This document shows positions 1 to 9,643 of a stretch of DNA of 64,000 nt, one piece after another. Location: positions 160,001 through 224,000 of the forward strand of contig JBIPSI010000001.1 of the NCBI GenBank assembly GCA_044070495.1, in the 5' to 3' direction. This DNA comes from Spirulina sp. GTDB taxonomy: Bacteria; Cyanobacteriota; Cyanobacteriia; Phormidesmidales; Phormidesmidaceae. The stretch's first letter is position 1. Every line of letters starts with the position of its first letter. Below the pieces are notes generated by a model, which had not been told where the DNA came from, did no database searches, and was given only the letters and a program-made list of their open reading frames with translations. Both the position numbers and the translations under genes were made by a program.

Positions 1-202
1 GGCCAACGCTATCGGAAATGTTGGCGTCGTCTAGGGCTTTGGCGACCCGCTTGGCGAGGCCGCTTTCGTCAAACTGGCCATCTAGACCCACCTTTTCGGG
101 GGGGATTCCGGCGCTGGAGGCGGCAGCAGCCACGTTAACGGGGCCAGCGCTAGCGGCTTTGTCTTCTTCTTTTTTGCCGAAGAGTTTACCTAAGAAACCC
201 AT
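1..202 (-). CDS. BON-domain / phospholipid-binding-like protein, N-terminal part (runs off the window start)
   Basis: Not in the ORF track. The minus-strand ATG at 202 is preceded by a GGAGA RBS and reads MGFLGKLFGKKEEDKAASAG...GLDGQFDESGLAKRVAKALDD, which resembles cyanobacterial BON-domain proteins. Confidence 0.6.
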   Translation of the reverse strand, partial: MGFLGKLFGKKEEDKAASAGPVNVAAAASSAGIPPEKVGLDGQFDESGLAKRVAKALDDANISDSVG

Positions 203-350
203 GATTGTCTCCTTTGGGGGCAAATTGAATAAAAGGGGGCTGATTTACATCAACTTCCGGCTTAACTTAGCCTCAGCCGGGTCGGTAGTCAAGACTGCTT
301 GATACATTACCCACAAAAAAGAAGAAACCTACATATTCCGAATCCCGGCA

Positions 351-480
351 CTGACTGACTGACAAAAGATTTTGCGTCGGGCGCGAAAACCACGCCCCTA
401 CAGCATGGGTTTTATGTAGGGGCGTGGTCTCTTGACCCTTTGGCGGATCTGGGTTTTCTCAAGTTTTGTCCGTCACCCAG
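351..480 (+). mobile_element. ~130-bp MITE-like element, copy 1
   Basis: Imperfect TIRs CTGACTGACTGACAAAA / TTTTGTCCGTCACCCAG, an internal CCACGCCCCTAC...GTAGGGGCGTGG hairpin, and homologous copies at 4715-4842 and 38105-38235. Confidence 0.7.
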
Positions 481-490
481 ATTTCGGCAT

Positions 491-518
491 CCCCAATCCC
501 CAATCCCCAATCCCCAAT
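491..518. repeat. STRR-type heptamer tandem repeat (CCCCAAT)x4
   Basis: Four perfect CCCCAAT units, matching the CCCCA(A/G)T short tandem repeat class of filamentous cyanobacteria. Confidence 0.8.
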
Positions 519-520
519 CT

Positions 521-1306
521 TTACGACCGATTGCCCTGCTGATAGGCCCAATACAGCGCTTCTAGGAAGGTGTCCGTGGTCATCTCCGTCGGCAGCGTTT
601 CTAAACCAATCTGATCCCGATAACGGCGGGCCATTTGGTCGCTGACCTGGTGTTTGGCCTTGGGGCTAAGGGTGGCGCGTCGTTGCAGAAAGTCGCGGAT
701 GGTAGCGAGGTCGTCGGGGCTGAGTTTGGCCATATCCGCCAGGGCCAAGAGATCCTGTCCAATCGCTTGGGATCGTTCTGGAATCGTGATTTTACCGCCG
801 CTGTTAGGATCAACCTGTACCACCAAGGTACCCGCCAGCCAGTCGCCAAGGCGCTTTTCCTGGGGGGTGAGTAGAATGCAGAAAAAGCCCAGAAACAGAA
901 TGTCATCCACCGGGCGCAGGAGGGAACGCAGGGTGGCCTGCATGATCCGTTCCGGTTGGCCATCGTCGCGGATGACGCGGATTTTGGTGTAGCGTTTGCC
1001 CGGACTTTGGCCAAACCACAGGGTTTCAAACAGCACAAAATAGCCGATGTAAAGGGCAAACAGCAGCACCAGAAAGATGGCGGTAATCCAAAGCTGGATG
1101 GTTTCCGTGGCGGTGGATAGCACCGACTCTAGGGCGAAAACCTGAATCAGCAAAAAGCTGTAGAGCAACGACAGGGCCAAAATGCCCATGCCCAAACAGA
1201 GATAATCCACCACCAGCGCCACGGCTCGGCTGCCAATGCCCGCCAGCACAAACTCCAGTTCAATGCTTTCGGGGGTGCGAATAGTAATAGTTCTAAATAG
1301 GCTCAT
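521..1306 (-). CDS. RDD family membrane protein
   Basis: Likely start MSLFRTITIRTPESIELEF; motifs LAGIGSRAVALVVD, GQSPGK and KRLGDWLAGTLVV. The longer ORF start overlaps the upstream gene. Confidence 0.85.
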   Translation of the reverse strand: MSLFRTITIRTPESIELEFVLAGIGSRAVALVVDYLCLGMGILALSLLYSFLLIQVFALESVLSTATETIQLWITAIFLVLLFALYIGYFVLFETLWFGQSPGKRYTKIRVIRDDGQPERIMQATLRSLLRPVDDILFLGFFCILLTPQEKRLGDWLAGTLVVQVDPNSGGKITIPERSQAIGQDLLALADMAKLSPDDLATIRDFLQRRATLSPKAKHQVSDQMARRYRDQIGLETLPTEMTTDTFLEALYWAYQQGNRS

Positions 1307-1349
1307 GGTCTCAGTAGGCTCATGGGTGGCGCATGGATACCGTTGCCTT

Positions 1350-2582
1350 CTAAAATCCGTAGGCCCAGCGGGCGCGATAGCCGCGAGTATCGATGTGGGT
1401 GAAGGCGGAGGAACTGGCCAAGCCCCCCCGGTTGCCCCACCAGTCATCCAAGCGCTTGTAGACATCGTGGGGATGGATACCGGAGACATTGAAATCTACC
1501 GCATCGCCTAGGATGTGGCGAGAACGACTGGCCCCACCCACGGCGGCATTGATGGCCCTAGGTCGGTACCAAGAATTAATCGTGACGGAGCGCCCCCCAT
1601 AAATTTGCCGAATTTCCTCTAGGGCTTGGGCGATGCGCACAATGCCGTAGACCACCTGGGCGCTTTCGGGGATGCGGGTGCCGTTGTGGGTGGCTTCCCC
1701 CCAGGTAAAGTTGCCGGGGCCGCCGCTGGCGGTTTTCCAGAGAATAGGATAATTGGTGTAGTAGATGGCGCTAAAGCCCGGAAACCGCATTGCCTTACCA
1801 GGGGATTTGGGGGAGGCGGCGGGTTTTGCCGGACGTTGATCTCTCGGTTGATTGTTGGGTTCGTTACCGTTGATTTCCACATCGGGAACGTAGGCGTACC
1901 AGGTATTGCGCCGCTGTGGCCCCAGCCCGGTTCCTTCCAGGGCCACTTTGATGTGGTTTCGCTCGACGCTGCCGTAGGAATTCAGCCAAAAGACCGTGTT
2001 TTTCTTGGTAAAAAATTTGTCATCCGCCGTCAGTTCCGCCGAAAGTTGGGGCTGGGCCTTTAGCAGCGTATCGCTGACAATGCGAAGCTCTTGGCGGGCA
2101 CCGGAAACCTTCACATCGGGCTGATAGACGTACCAGGTATTACGGTTTTCTGGCCCTAGGTTGGCTCCGGCCAGGGTAATTTTGAAATGGTTCCCTAGGG
2201 CTGGCAAATAGCCGAGCAGAGCATACTGAGTGCCTGTTTTTACAAATACTTTTTGGTGGTCGGCCAGTTGGCTAGAGAGGGTGGGCGCTTGCTTAAAGAG
2301 CGTATCGCTTACCACCGTGAGCTGCACCGAGGTTTGGATTTCCACATGGGGTTCATAGACCAACCAGGTCACCGTTTGTTGATCGTCTAAGGTCGGGTTG
2401 GCGAGAATTATCTGCCAATGGTCGCCCAAATCCACGTAGTACTGAATATCGAGGGTTTTTCCCTCCGGCACCAACACCTTTTCTGCCTCCGGCAGTTGAT
2501 CCGCCGCTGCAAGGCGCTTTTTGAAGTAGGTTGCTTGCTTTGTTCTTAGGTACATAACATTGCCCTGCGGATCCGGTGACAT
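1350..2582 (-). CDS. Peptidase M15A (D-Ala-D-Ala carboxypeptidase-like) with three N-terminal ~73-aa repeats
   Basis: C-terminal SWYR...GGASRSRHILGDAVDF...THIDTRG Zn-peptidase motifs; repeats of T(L/Y)FK..P..S..L....K...H....L...TWY.Y.P.V. Confidence 0.85.
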   Translation of the reverse strand: MSPDPQGNVMYLRTKQATYFKKRLAAADQLPEAEKVLVPEGKTLDIQYYVDLGDHWQIILANPTLDDQQTVTWLVYEPHVEIQTSVQLTVVSDTLFKQAPTLSSQLADHQKVFVKTGTQYALLGYLPALGNHFKITLAGANLGPENRNTWYVYQPDVKVSGARQELRIVSDTLLKAQPQLSAELTADDKFFTKKNTVFWLNSYGSVERNHIKVALEGTGLGPQRRNTWYAYVPDVEINGNEPNNQPRDQRPAKPAASPKSPGKAMRFPGFSAIYYTNYPILWKTASGGPGNFTWGEATHNGTRIPESAQVVYGIVRIAQALEEIRQIYGGRSVTINSWYRPRAINAAVGGASRSRHILGDAVDFNVSGIHPHDVYKRLDDWWGNRGGLASSSAFTHIDTRGYRARWAYGF

Positions 2583-2779
2583 ACTGCGGTCTGCTCACAG
2601 TTATGCCCAAATTCTAGGCAGAACTTAGGGATTAGGCCGATTTTTTCCAAACCTTTTCTATACCTTTAGAATCGGCCAGTCACGAAAGTTAATATTAGAC
2701 CGATGGGCAACGGGCTAGGGTAACCCTTGGCCCCAGTTTACCGGGGTTGTCGCCCTTCTCTACTCTGGCAGGTCTGGCT

Positions 2780-3823
2780 ATGGCAGAGGTTCCCCCAATC
2801 AAGCTGGCCATCGTCGGGCTGGGGCGATGGGGTGTGCACTTGTTACGAAACTTTTTGGCCCTGCCTGGGGCTGAAGTCGTCGCGGTGGTGGAGGCCAACC
2901 CAGATCGCCTTAGCCAAATGCAGGGGCAGTTTACCCTGCCAGCGGGCGGACAGTGGTATAGCGACTGGGCCTCTGCCTTGGCGTTGCCCGCCTTAGATGC
3001 GGTGGTGATTGCTACCCCCGCCAGCACCCACTACGACCTGATCCAGACTGCCCTGGATCGGGGGCTACATGTGCTGAGCGAAAAACCCCTCACCCTAGAC
3101 TCCGCCAGTTCCGCCGCCCTCTGTCGCCTAGCCCAGGCTCAACAACGGCAGTTGATGGTAGATCACACCTACCTCTTCCATCCAGTGGTGCAGCGGGGGC
3201 AAGCGCTCTGCCAGCAGGGGATTTTAGGCGATTTGCGCTACGCTTACGCCGCCCGTACCAACCTTGGCCCCGTGCGCCCAGATGCCGATGCCCTGTGGGA
3301 TCTGGCTATCCACGACCTATCAATTCTCAACCACTGGCTGGGTCAGGAACCTGTTCAGGTTAACGCCTGGGGATCGATCTGGCTTCAGCCCCAGCCTCGG
3401 CCCCACTTCCCAAACGGGCTGCGGGATGTGGGTTGGGTGCGCCTCACCTATGCCAGCGGCCTAGAGGCGACGGTGCAGGTCAGTTGGCTGAACCCCGACA
3501 AACAGCGACGGCTGGGCTTGGTGGGCAGTCAGGGCACCTTGGTGTTTGACGAAATGCAGTCGGCTCAGCCCCTCACCCTTTACCCCGGCCATCTGGAATC
3601 CCAAGGGTCGGCCTTTGTGCCCGTCGTCAGCCCGCCCCAGGCCATCGCCTATGCCCCCGCCGAACCCCTGGCCCAGGTCTGTCAGCATTTCCTAGACTGT
3701 GTGCGCCATCAGCGGCCCTCGCCCCTGTCCTCCGGTGAGATGGCGACCCGTTTGGTACAGGTGATGGAAGCCATCACCCAATCCGCCGAGCAGGCCACAG
3801 CGGTCGCCCTACCCTGGGCCTAG
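2780..3823 (+). CDS. Gfo/Idh/MocA family oxidoreductase
   Basis: IVGLGRWG Rossmann motif, ATPASTH, HVLSEKP and WDLAIHD. Confidence 0.9.
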   Translation: MAEVPPIKLAIVGLGRWGVHLLRNFLALPGAEVVAVVEANPDRLSQMQGQFTLPAGGQWYSDWASALALPALDAVVIATPASTHYDLIQTALDRGLHVLSEKPLTLDSASSAALCRLAQAQQRQLMVDHTYLFHPVVQRGQALCQQGILGDLRYAYAARTNLGPVRPDADALWDLAIHDLSILNHWLGQEPVQVNAWGSIWLQPQPRPHFPNGLRDVGWVRLTYASGLEATVQVSWLNPDKQRRLGLVGSQGTLVFDEMQSAQPLTLYPGHLESQGSAFVPVVSPPQAIAYAPAEPLAQVCQHFLDCVRHQRPSPLSSGEMATRLVQVMEAITQSAEQATAVALPWA

Positions 3824-4248
3824 CCTTTTCTGCCCAGCGGTAGAGGGCAGATTCCCCTGGTGGAGGGAGGGCTTTAGAGGCTGGCTTCCCCTAGCCTAGG
3901 GTTAGGGAGTTTTGCCATTACCACGGTCGATGAAGTGGCGGATTATCACCGCAACCCGCGAAGACTGACAGAGCCGTCCTGACGAAATAGCCTCGACACC
4001 ATGTCAAGGAATACTTCCATCCGTAAATACACAATAAGTTTGTTTGGGTGGCCAGGGTGCATGGGCTATAGATAGGAAAGTCGGCGCGAGGGCGTGCCAG
4101 CGCTGTCGGTTCGCCCTAGGTTCGGTGGCTCGATTCTCCCTAGGCCGAAGCCGTGGTCGAGGTCTATCCCCATTCCCGAATTCCCAGCCATCGTCAGTCT
4201 ATCCATCGCCGTTGATGCCTCTAACGTCTCTGTTCCTCACACCCTTAG

Positions 4249-4602
4249 ATGACTATGAAAACCTCCTACCCTTTGCTCGTTACCCTAACTGTCCTGGGGC
4301 TCAGTAGTGCCGCCCTCCCTGCCTGGGCAGGCTCAACCCTAGAACCCCCGGTTGCAGTCTCCATGACCGATGTGGTGCAGTCTACCCCCCACAGTGCCGA
4401 TCATCTCAACCATTTGGCCGGACGCATCCAGCGCCGCATGGCCGCTACCGACAACCCAGAGGCCATGTCCACCCTAGATTTTCAGCAGATTCCCCTGGTG
4501 GGCGATCTGTTGGATGAGGACGGTAACCTCAACCTGCCCCTGGGCCTGACGATTTACAACACCATGGGCGATACCTCCATTGGCTTTGGCTCCGAGTTTT
4601 AA
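4249..4602 (+). CDS. Small secreted hypothetical protein
   Basis: 117-aa ORF with a signal-peptide-like N-terminus ending in PAWA; codon style typical of the window. Confidence 0.65.
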   Translation: MTMKTSYPLLVTLTVLGLSSAALPAWAGSTLEPPVAVSMTDVVQSTPHSADHLNHLAGRIQRRMAATDNPEAMSTLDFQQIPLVGDLLDEDGNLNLPLGLTIYNTMGDTSIGFGSEF

Positions 4603-4714
4603 TACGCATCGTCTAGGCGGCTAGCGCGACATTCCTAAGGATCCAATCTTTTTTAGAGCAAACCCGCATCAGAAAAACTCGATGCCCAATCCAGAAGATA
4701 GGGTTGAGGCCGCC

Positions 4715-4842
4715 TTGGTTGACAGACAAAACTTGCTGGAACCCATATCTGTCAAAGGGGCAGGAGACCTGACCCCTATATGCAACCTGCTGTAGGGGGG
4801 CGGTTTTCGCGCCCGACGCAGAAGCTTCTGTCTGTCAGCCAG
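4715..4842 (-). mobile_element. ~130-bp MITE-like element, copy 2 (inverted)
   Basis: The reverse complement aligns with 351-480 (shared TGCGTCGGGCGCGAAAACC..CCCCTACAGCA); TIRs TTGGTTGACAGACAAAA / TTCTGTCTGTCAGCCAG. Confidence 0.7.
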
Positions 4843-5036
4843 GAGGTCTCTTCACCCAGCCCGATATTGGGGGTAAGCCACCAGGAGTTTGGGTCAGGTT
4901 CCAAGTAGGAGGGGCGGATAATTTGATCGGTTTTCCTAAAAATCAAAATTGCCGCCTTTCCTAGGCCAAAGGCCGTTTCTGACGGTGGGCAAGGTTTATA
5001 CTCTATACCCAGTGCCGCACGTTGGGGTAGGGATTT

Positions 5037-5678
5037 TTGGGCGTCGATCTTCGTAGTTACGTATACATAGATAATCTGCAACCCCAGCACGCCGCCTACA
5101 TGGGCACCGTATCCCTGGGCTTTTTGCCGCTGCCGGGGGATGCCTCCCTGTGGATTGAAATTTCCCCCGGCATTGAGATCAACCGCATCCTCGACATTGG
5201 CCTCAAGGCGGCGGTGGTACGCCCCGGTACGCTGATTGTGGAACGCCTCTACGGGCTGCTAGAACTCCACGCCAACAAGCAGGGGGAAGTCCACGCCGCT
5301 GGCCAAGCCATGCTCGATGCCCTAGGGGTGAGCTATCGGGAACGCCTCAAGCCTCGGATTATCTCCAGCCAGGTGATCCGCAACCTTGACCCCCACCATG
5401 TGCAACTGATCAACCGCAACCGCCGAGGCAATATGATCGTCGCAGGCCAAACCCTCTACGTGTTTGAGGTGGAGCCTGCCGCCTATGCCTCCCTGGCCGC
5501 CAACGAAGCCGAAAAAGCCGCCCTGATCAACATTCTGCAAATTAGTTCCGTGGGTAGCTTTGGTCGCCTCTACCTAGGGGGCGAAGAGCGTGATATTTTA
5601 GCGGCCCAGCAAGCTGTCCTCGCCGCCATGGAATCGGTGGCGGGGCGCGACCATTCCGACTACCAGCGCCAAGAATAG
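5037..5678 (+). CDS. ccmP: Carboxysome shell protein CcmP (tandem BMC domain)
   Basis: 213 aa; [20 protein letters not shown]...[12 protein letters not shown]...VERLYGLLE and [17 protein letters not shown]...[10 protein letters not shown] match CcmP. TTG start. Confidence 0.9.
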   Translation: MGVDLRSYVYIDNLQPQHAAYMGTVSLGFLPLPGDASLWIEISPGIEINRILDIGLKAAVVRPGTLIVERLYGLLELHANKQGEVHAAGQAMLDALGVSYRERLKPRIISSQVIRNLDPHHVQLINRNRRGNMIVAGQTLYVFEVEPAAYASLAANEAEKAALINILQISSVGSFGRLYLGGEERDILAAQQAVLAAMESVAGRDHSDYQRQE

Positions 5679-5691
5679 TGGCCTACCTCCT

Positions 5692-5973
5692 ATGACCGAT
5701 CCCCGATTGCCCCAGTCCAACGATGGCGACTCCAGCAACGGATCGACGCCGCCGATGCCCAGATCCCACGCGGATCGACTGCCCCAGCCCCCCCCAGCAC
5801 CCCAGGCCCCGATTACCGAAACCCTCAGCCCCGGCATGAAGCGAGACATTCGGCGGGCCTTTTTGATTTTGCTGGGCACAGGACTCGTGATCGGCCTCCT
5901 TACCGCCACGGGGATCGTCCTGGTGATGAATCATTTCAACCTGATCGGCGTACCGGAACAAACCGCCCCCTAA
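5692..5973 (+). CDS. Small membrane hypothetical protein
   Basis: Pro-rich N-terminus and one TM helix; begins 13 nt after ccmP. Confidence 0.65.
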   Translation: MTDPRLPQSNDGDSSNGSTPPMPRSHADRLPQPPPAPQAPITETLSPGMKRDIRRAFLILLGTGLVIGLLTATGIVLVMNHFNLIGVPEQTAP

Positions 5974-6938
5974 CTCGCCCGTCGCTGACGAATTTGGGCC
6001 ATAAAAAACTCCTCCAGGCTTGGTCGGGCCTGTTGCAGGGAAATAATCTCAGCCCCCATTTGGGAAAGCTGCTGCACAAAGGCGTAGGGATTGCCCGTCA
6101 GGTGGCCATGCCAGAGATCCCCCTGCACCGTCAGATGATCCAGCCAGGGATCGATCTGACTAAACTGCCCCCCTCGCCCCCGCACCTGATACTGATCGGC
6201 GGTACCCAGCAGATCGCTAAGGTTCCCCACACAGACCAAATCCCCCTGATCCAAAATGGCGATGCGGTCGCAAATTACCTCCACATCGGAGAGGATGTGA
6301 CTGTTAAAAAAGATGGTTTTGCCCTCCCGTTTCAGGGCCAAGATAATTTCCCGCACCTGAAACCGCCCGGTGGGATCAAGGCCCGACATCGGCTCATCTA
6401 AAAAGACCAAGTCGGGGTCATTCACAAGGGCCTGGGCAATGCCAATGCGTTGCAGCATCCCCTTAGAATATTGCCGTAGCTGCTTCTTTTTGGCGGCCTC
6501 CTGGGGTAGCCCGACCAAGTCTAAAAGTTCCACAATGCGGCGCTGGCGGGCGGCGGCGGAAAGGCCAAACAGTCCGGCGGTGTATTGCAAAAATTCCCAA
6601 CCCGTCAAAAAATCGTAGAAGTAGGGATTTTCAGGCAGATAGCCCAACCGCTGTTTCACGGTGTAATCCCCCAGAGGTTGCCCCAACAACTGGGCCTGCC
6701 CTGCGGTGGGTCGAATAATGCCCAGCAGGGTTTTCAGCAGCGTCGTTTTTCCGGCACCGTTGGGGCCAAGCAAGCCAAAGGTTTCCCCCTGGTAAATGGT
6801 GAGGGAACAATGCTGGAGCGAGGTAATCCGCTGATTTAGCCAAAACCCCGTGCGATAGGTTTTGCCTAGATCCTGGGTTTCAATCACCACGGGCTTCGGC
6901 TGAGAATTGGCCGCAGGAGGGGACACAACGTTGCTCAT
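5970..6938 (-). CDS. ABC transporter ATP-binding protein (ABC-2 type)
   Basis: Walker A GPNGAGKT, signature YSKGMLQR, Walker B LVFLDEP. Confidence 0.92.
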   Translation of the reverse strand: MSNVVSPPAANSQPKPVVIETQDLGKTYRTGFWLNQRITSLQHCSLTIYQGETFGLLGPNGAGKTTLLKTLLGIIRPTAGQAQLLGQPLGDYTVKQRLGYLPENPYFYDFLTGWEFLQYTAGLFGLSAAARQRRIVELLDLVGLPQEAAKKKQLRQYSKGMLQRIGIAQALVNDPDLVFLDEPMSGLDPTGRFQVREIILALKREGKTIFFNSHILSDVEVICDRIAILDQGDLVCVGNLSDLLGTADQYQVRGRGGQFSQIDPWLDHLTVQGDLWHGHLTGNPYAFVQQLSQMGAEIISLQQARPSLEEFFMAQIRQRRAS

Positions 6939-7025
6939 AAAATCGCCAGCCCAACAAGGACATCAACACCTGTCCTAGAATACACAGACAACCCCCTAGG
7001 GGTACCCCTGTGTGAGAAAAACGCC

Positions 7026-7259
7026 ATGGATCGCTCAAAAATCGTCGCCATTGTCACCGGAGTCCTGTCCTTGCTGCTGGCCATAGGCTATCTGCTGTTG
7101 GTGCAGCTTCTAGACTTTCGGGGAGAGATGATCCCCGCGCCCATTTCCCTCCTTCCCTCACCCTCGGTAGCGGTAGGGAACCTAGCTCAGTCCATCGCTG
7201 TCGATCTGTTTAGGGGCGCTCCTGCCCTGACCCCATCGTGGCTTGAGGACGCAGCCTAA
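7026..7259 (+). CDS. Conserved small cyanobacterial membrane protein
   Basis: MDRSKIVAIVTG...YLLLVQLLDFRGEMIPAP resembles a widespread small cyanobacterial protein. Confidence 0.7.
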   Translation: MDRSKIVAIVTGVLSLLLAIGYLLLVQLLDFRGEMIPAPISLLPSPSVAVGNLAQSIAVDLFRGAPALTPSWLEDAA

Positions 7260-7493
7260 GGTGAAGAATTGACGACAAACCCCAGTGAATATTAGAAATT
7301 TCTATAATTGTGCGTCATTTCTTGGTCTGATGCTGGGATACCTATCGTGGCTTAGGCTGACAGCGGCTAGGGCAAGCAATCGACCTCAGCCGTGGAGCGA
7401 CCTAGGGGTCAGAATCCAACCTGACTAACTTTCCCATAGTATTATTGCGATTAAAATCAAAAAGTTTATTCCTTAGCAAACCAGCAGGACACC

Positions 7494-8195
7494 ATGGCTA
7501 TGCAATCGTTAGAGACTGAAACCACCTTTGACTATCAGTCTGAGGGTTACAAGGACGCCTACAGCCGCATCAACGCAATTGTGATTGAGGGTGAGCAGGA
7601 GGCCTACGACAACTACTGCAAGCTGGCGGAACGTCTGCCCGACCATGGGGCGGAACTGCTGCGTTTGGCCAAAATGGAAAGCCGCCACATGAAAGGCTTC
7701 CAAGCCTGCGGCAGGAACCTCTCCGTTACCCCCGACATGGACTTTGCGCGGGAGTTCTTCGCCCAACTGCACCGCAACTTCCAGCAGGCCTGGGCCGAGG
7801 GCAAAATCGTCACCTGCCTGCTGATCCAGTCCCTGATCATCGAAACCTTCGCCATTTCGGCCTACAACATCTATATTCCTGTGGCCGACGACTTTGCCCG
7901 CAAAATCACCGAAGGCGTGGTGAAGGACGAATACATGCACCTCAACTTTGGCGAAGAGTGGCTAAAGGCCAACTTTGAAGCCTCCAAGGAAGAACTGGAG
8001 CAGGCCAACCGGGAAAACCTACCCCTGGTGTGGGCCATGCTAAACCAGGTAGCCGACGATGCGCGGGTGCTGGGCATGGAAAAAGACGCCCTGATTGAAG
8101 ACTTCATGATCACCTACGGCGAAGCCCTAGCCAACATCGGCTTCTCCAGTCGGGAAGTGATGAAGCTCTCCGCCCAGGGGCTAGCCGCCGCTTAG
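7494..8195 (+). CDS. ado: Aldehyde-deformylating oxygenase
   Basis: [19 protein letters not shown], di-iron motifs ESRH and KDEYMH; adjacent to aar. Confidence 0.97.
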   Translation: MAMQSLETETTFDYQSEGYKDAYSRINAIVIEGEQEAYDNYCKLAERLPDHGAELLRLAKMESRHMKGFQACGRNLSVTPDMDFAREFFAQLHRNFQQAWAEGKIVTCLLIQSLIIETFAISAYNIYIPVADDFARKITEGVVKDEYMHLNFGEEWLKANFEASKEELEQANRENLPLVWAMLNQVADDARVLGMEKDALIEDFMITYGEALANIGFSSREVMKLSAQGLAAA

Positions 8196-8238
8196 ACTAC
8201 CGCTGAGAAGTGGGTCTCTGTACTTGGTGGCCCCATTG

Positions 8239-8410
8239 TGAAGATCCCCCCTAGCCCCCCTTAGTAAGGGGGGAACTGGATTAAACGTTCCCCCTTTCCA
8301 CGGAGTAACCAGCGTCAAAGTCCCCCTTTTTAAGGGGGATTTAGGGGGATCTCCAAGGACGCTTCATAACCAAAGTCCCCCTTTTTAAGGGGGGTTCGGG
8401 GGGATCTTCA
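8239..8410. repeat. REP-like cluster of CCCCC-TT..AA-GGGGG hairpins inside an outer inverted repeat
   Basis: TGAAGATCCCCCC...GGGGGGATCTTCA outer IR enclosing three CCCCCTT(N)TAAGGGGG palindromes; a related sequence lies at 62475-62505. Confidence 0.75.
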
Positions 8411-8589
8411 GGGGCTGCGGATCCATCTGAGTTCTGTGTACACGGTAGCTCCCTGGGGAGGGTCGCCGCCGAGTCGTCGTCAGGGGTTTTCCCCTGGTTC
8501 GTGTTCATTGGGTCGGTAGCGGTTTATTCTAGGTAAATTGTTCCCCTGCACCACTTCCCCGGCGCACCCTACGCAGTAACGTATTTGCA

Positions 8590-9642
8590 ATGTTTGGCCT
8601 AATCGGACATCTCACTAGCCTCGACCATGCCCAAGCCGTCGCCCGTGATCTGGGATACCCAGAATACGCAGACCAGGGAATAGACTTTTGGTGTAGCGCA
8701 CCGCCGCAAATTGTAGATACCATCAAAGTCACTAGCGCCACGGGGCAGCAGATTGAAGGGAAATACGTAGAGTCCTGCTTTCTGCCGGAGATGTTAGCCT
8801 CCCGGCGGATCAAAGCGGCCACTCGCAAAATTATCAACGCCATGGCCCACGCCCAAAAGCACGGTATCGACATCACGGCCCTGGGTGGGTTTTCCTCGAT
8901 TATTTTTGAAAATTTCAACCTCAGCCAAATTCAGCAGGTACGCAACGTCACCCTAGAGTTTGAGCGCTTTACCACGGGCAACACCCACACCGCCTACATT
9001 ATTTGCCAGCAGGTCAAAGCGGCCTCGGCCATGCTGGGCATTAACCTGTCGGATGCCACCGTGGCGGTCTGTGGAGCCACCGGAGACATTGGCAGTGCGG
9101 TGTGCCGCTGGCTGAATGCCCGCACCGACATTAAGGATTTACTGTTAGTGGCCCGCAACCAAGAGCGCCTGCAAAACCTCCAAGAGGAACTGGGACGCGG
9201 TATGCCGATGGCCATGGATGCGGCCCTGCCCAAGGCGGATATTGTGGTGTGGGTAGCCAGTCTGCCCAAGGGCGTCACCGTGGATCCCACCACCCTGAAA
9301 CAGCCCTGCCTGATGATCGATGGCGGCTATCCCAAAAACCTGGATCAGCAGTTCAGCTTCGAGGGCGTCCACGTCCTCAAGGGTGGCATCGTCGAGCATT
9401 CCCTCGACATCGATTGGCGAATTATGAACATCGTCAACATGGATGTGCCTGCCCGCCAGCTCTTTGCCTGCTTTGCCGAGGCCATGCTGCTGGAGTTTGA
9501 GAAGTGGTACACCAATTTTTCCTGGGGCCGCAACCAAATCACCCTGGAAAAAATGGATTTGATCGGGCAGGCGTCGGTCAAGCACGGCTTCCGGCCTCTG
9601 CTGGATCTCAACCGCCAGCCCCTCACCGCCAAAGCCTCCTAG
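8590..9642 (+). CDS. aar: Long-chain acyl-ACP reductase
   Basis: [52 protein letters not shown]. Confidence 0.97.
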   Translation: MFGLIGHLTSLDHAQAVARDLGYPEYADQGIDFWCSAPPQIVDTIKVTSATGQQIEGKYVESCFLPEMLASRRIKAATRKIINAMAHAQKHGIDITALGGFSSIIFENFNLSQIQQVRNVTLEFERFTTGNTHTAYIICQQVKAASAMLGINLSDATVAVCGATGDIGSAVCRWLNARTDIKDLLLVARNQERLQNLQEELGRGMPMAMDAALPKADIVVWVASLPKGVTVDPTTLKQPCLMIDGGYPKNLDQQFSFEGVHVLKGGIVEHSLDIDWRIMNIVNMDVPARQLFACFAEAMLLEFEKWYTNFSWGRNQITLEKMDLIGQASVKHGFRPLLDLNRQPLTAKAS

Positions 9643-9643
9643 C

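Noticed and set aside
18..302. 94-aa plus-strand ORF
   Set aside because: It is antisense to the RBS-supported minus-strand gene starting at 202.
1307..1489. N-terminal extension of the RDD ORF (likewise the extensions on rsmG, the ABC gene at 24698, larC, nagA and petB)
   Set aside because: The extensions overlap neighbouring genes or lack family similarity; downstream starts fit better.
3824..4248. Riboswitch or ncRNA in long intergenic regions (also 41780-42180 and 63333-63643)
   Set aside because: No recognisable conserved riboswitch, tRNA or ncRNA motifs.
5037..5678. A novel microcompartment locus
   Set aside because: A lone ccmP away from the main ccm operon is the normal arrangement in beta-cyanobacteria.
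8239..8410. Possible CRISPR array
   Set aside because: The units are inverted G/C-run hairpins with irregular spacing and no unique spacers, and there are no cas genes.
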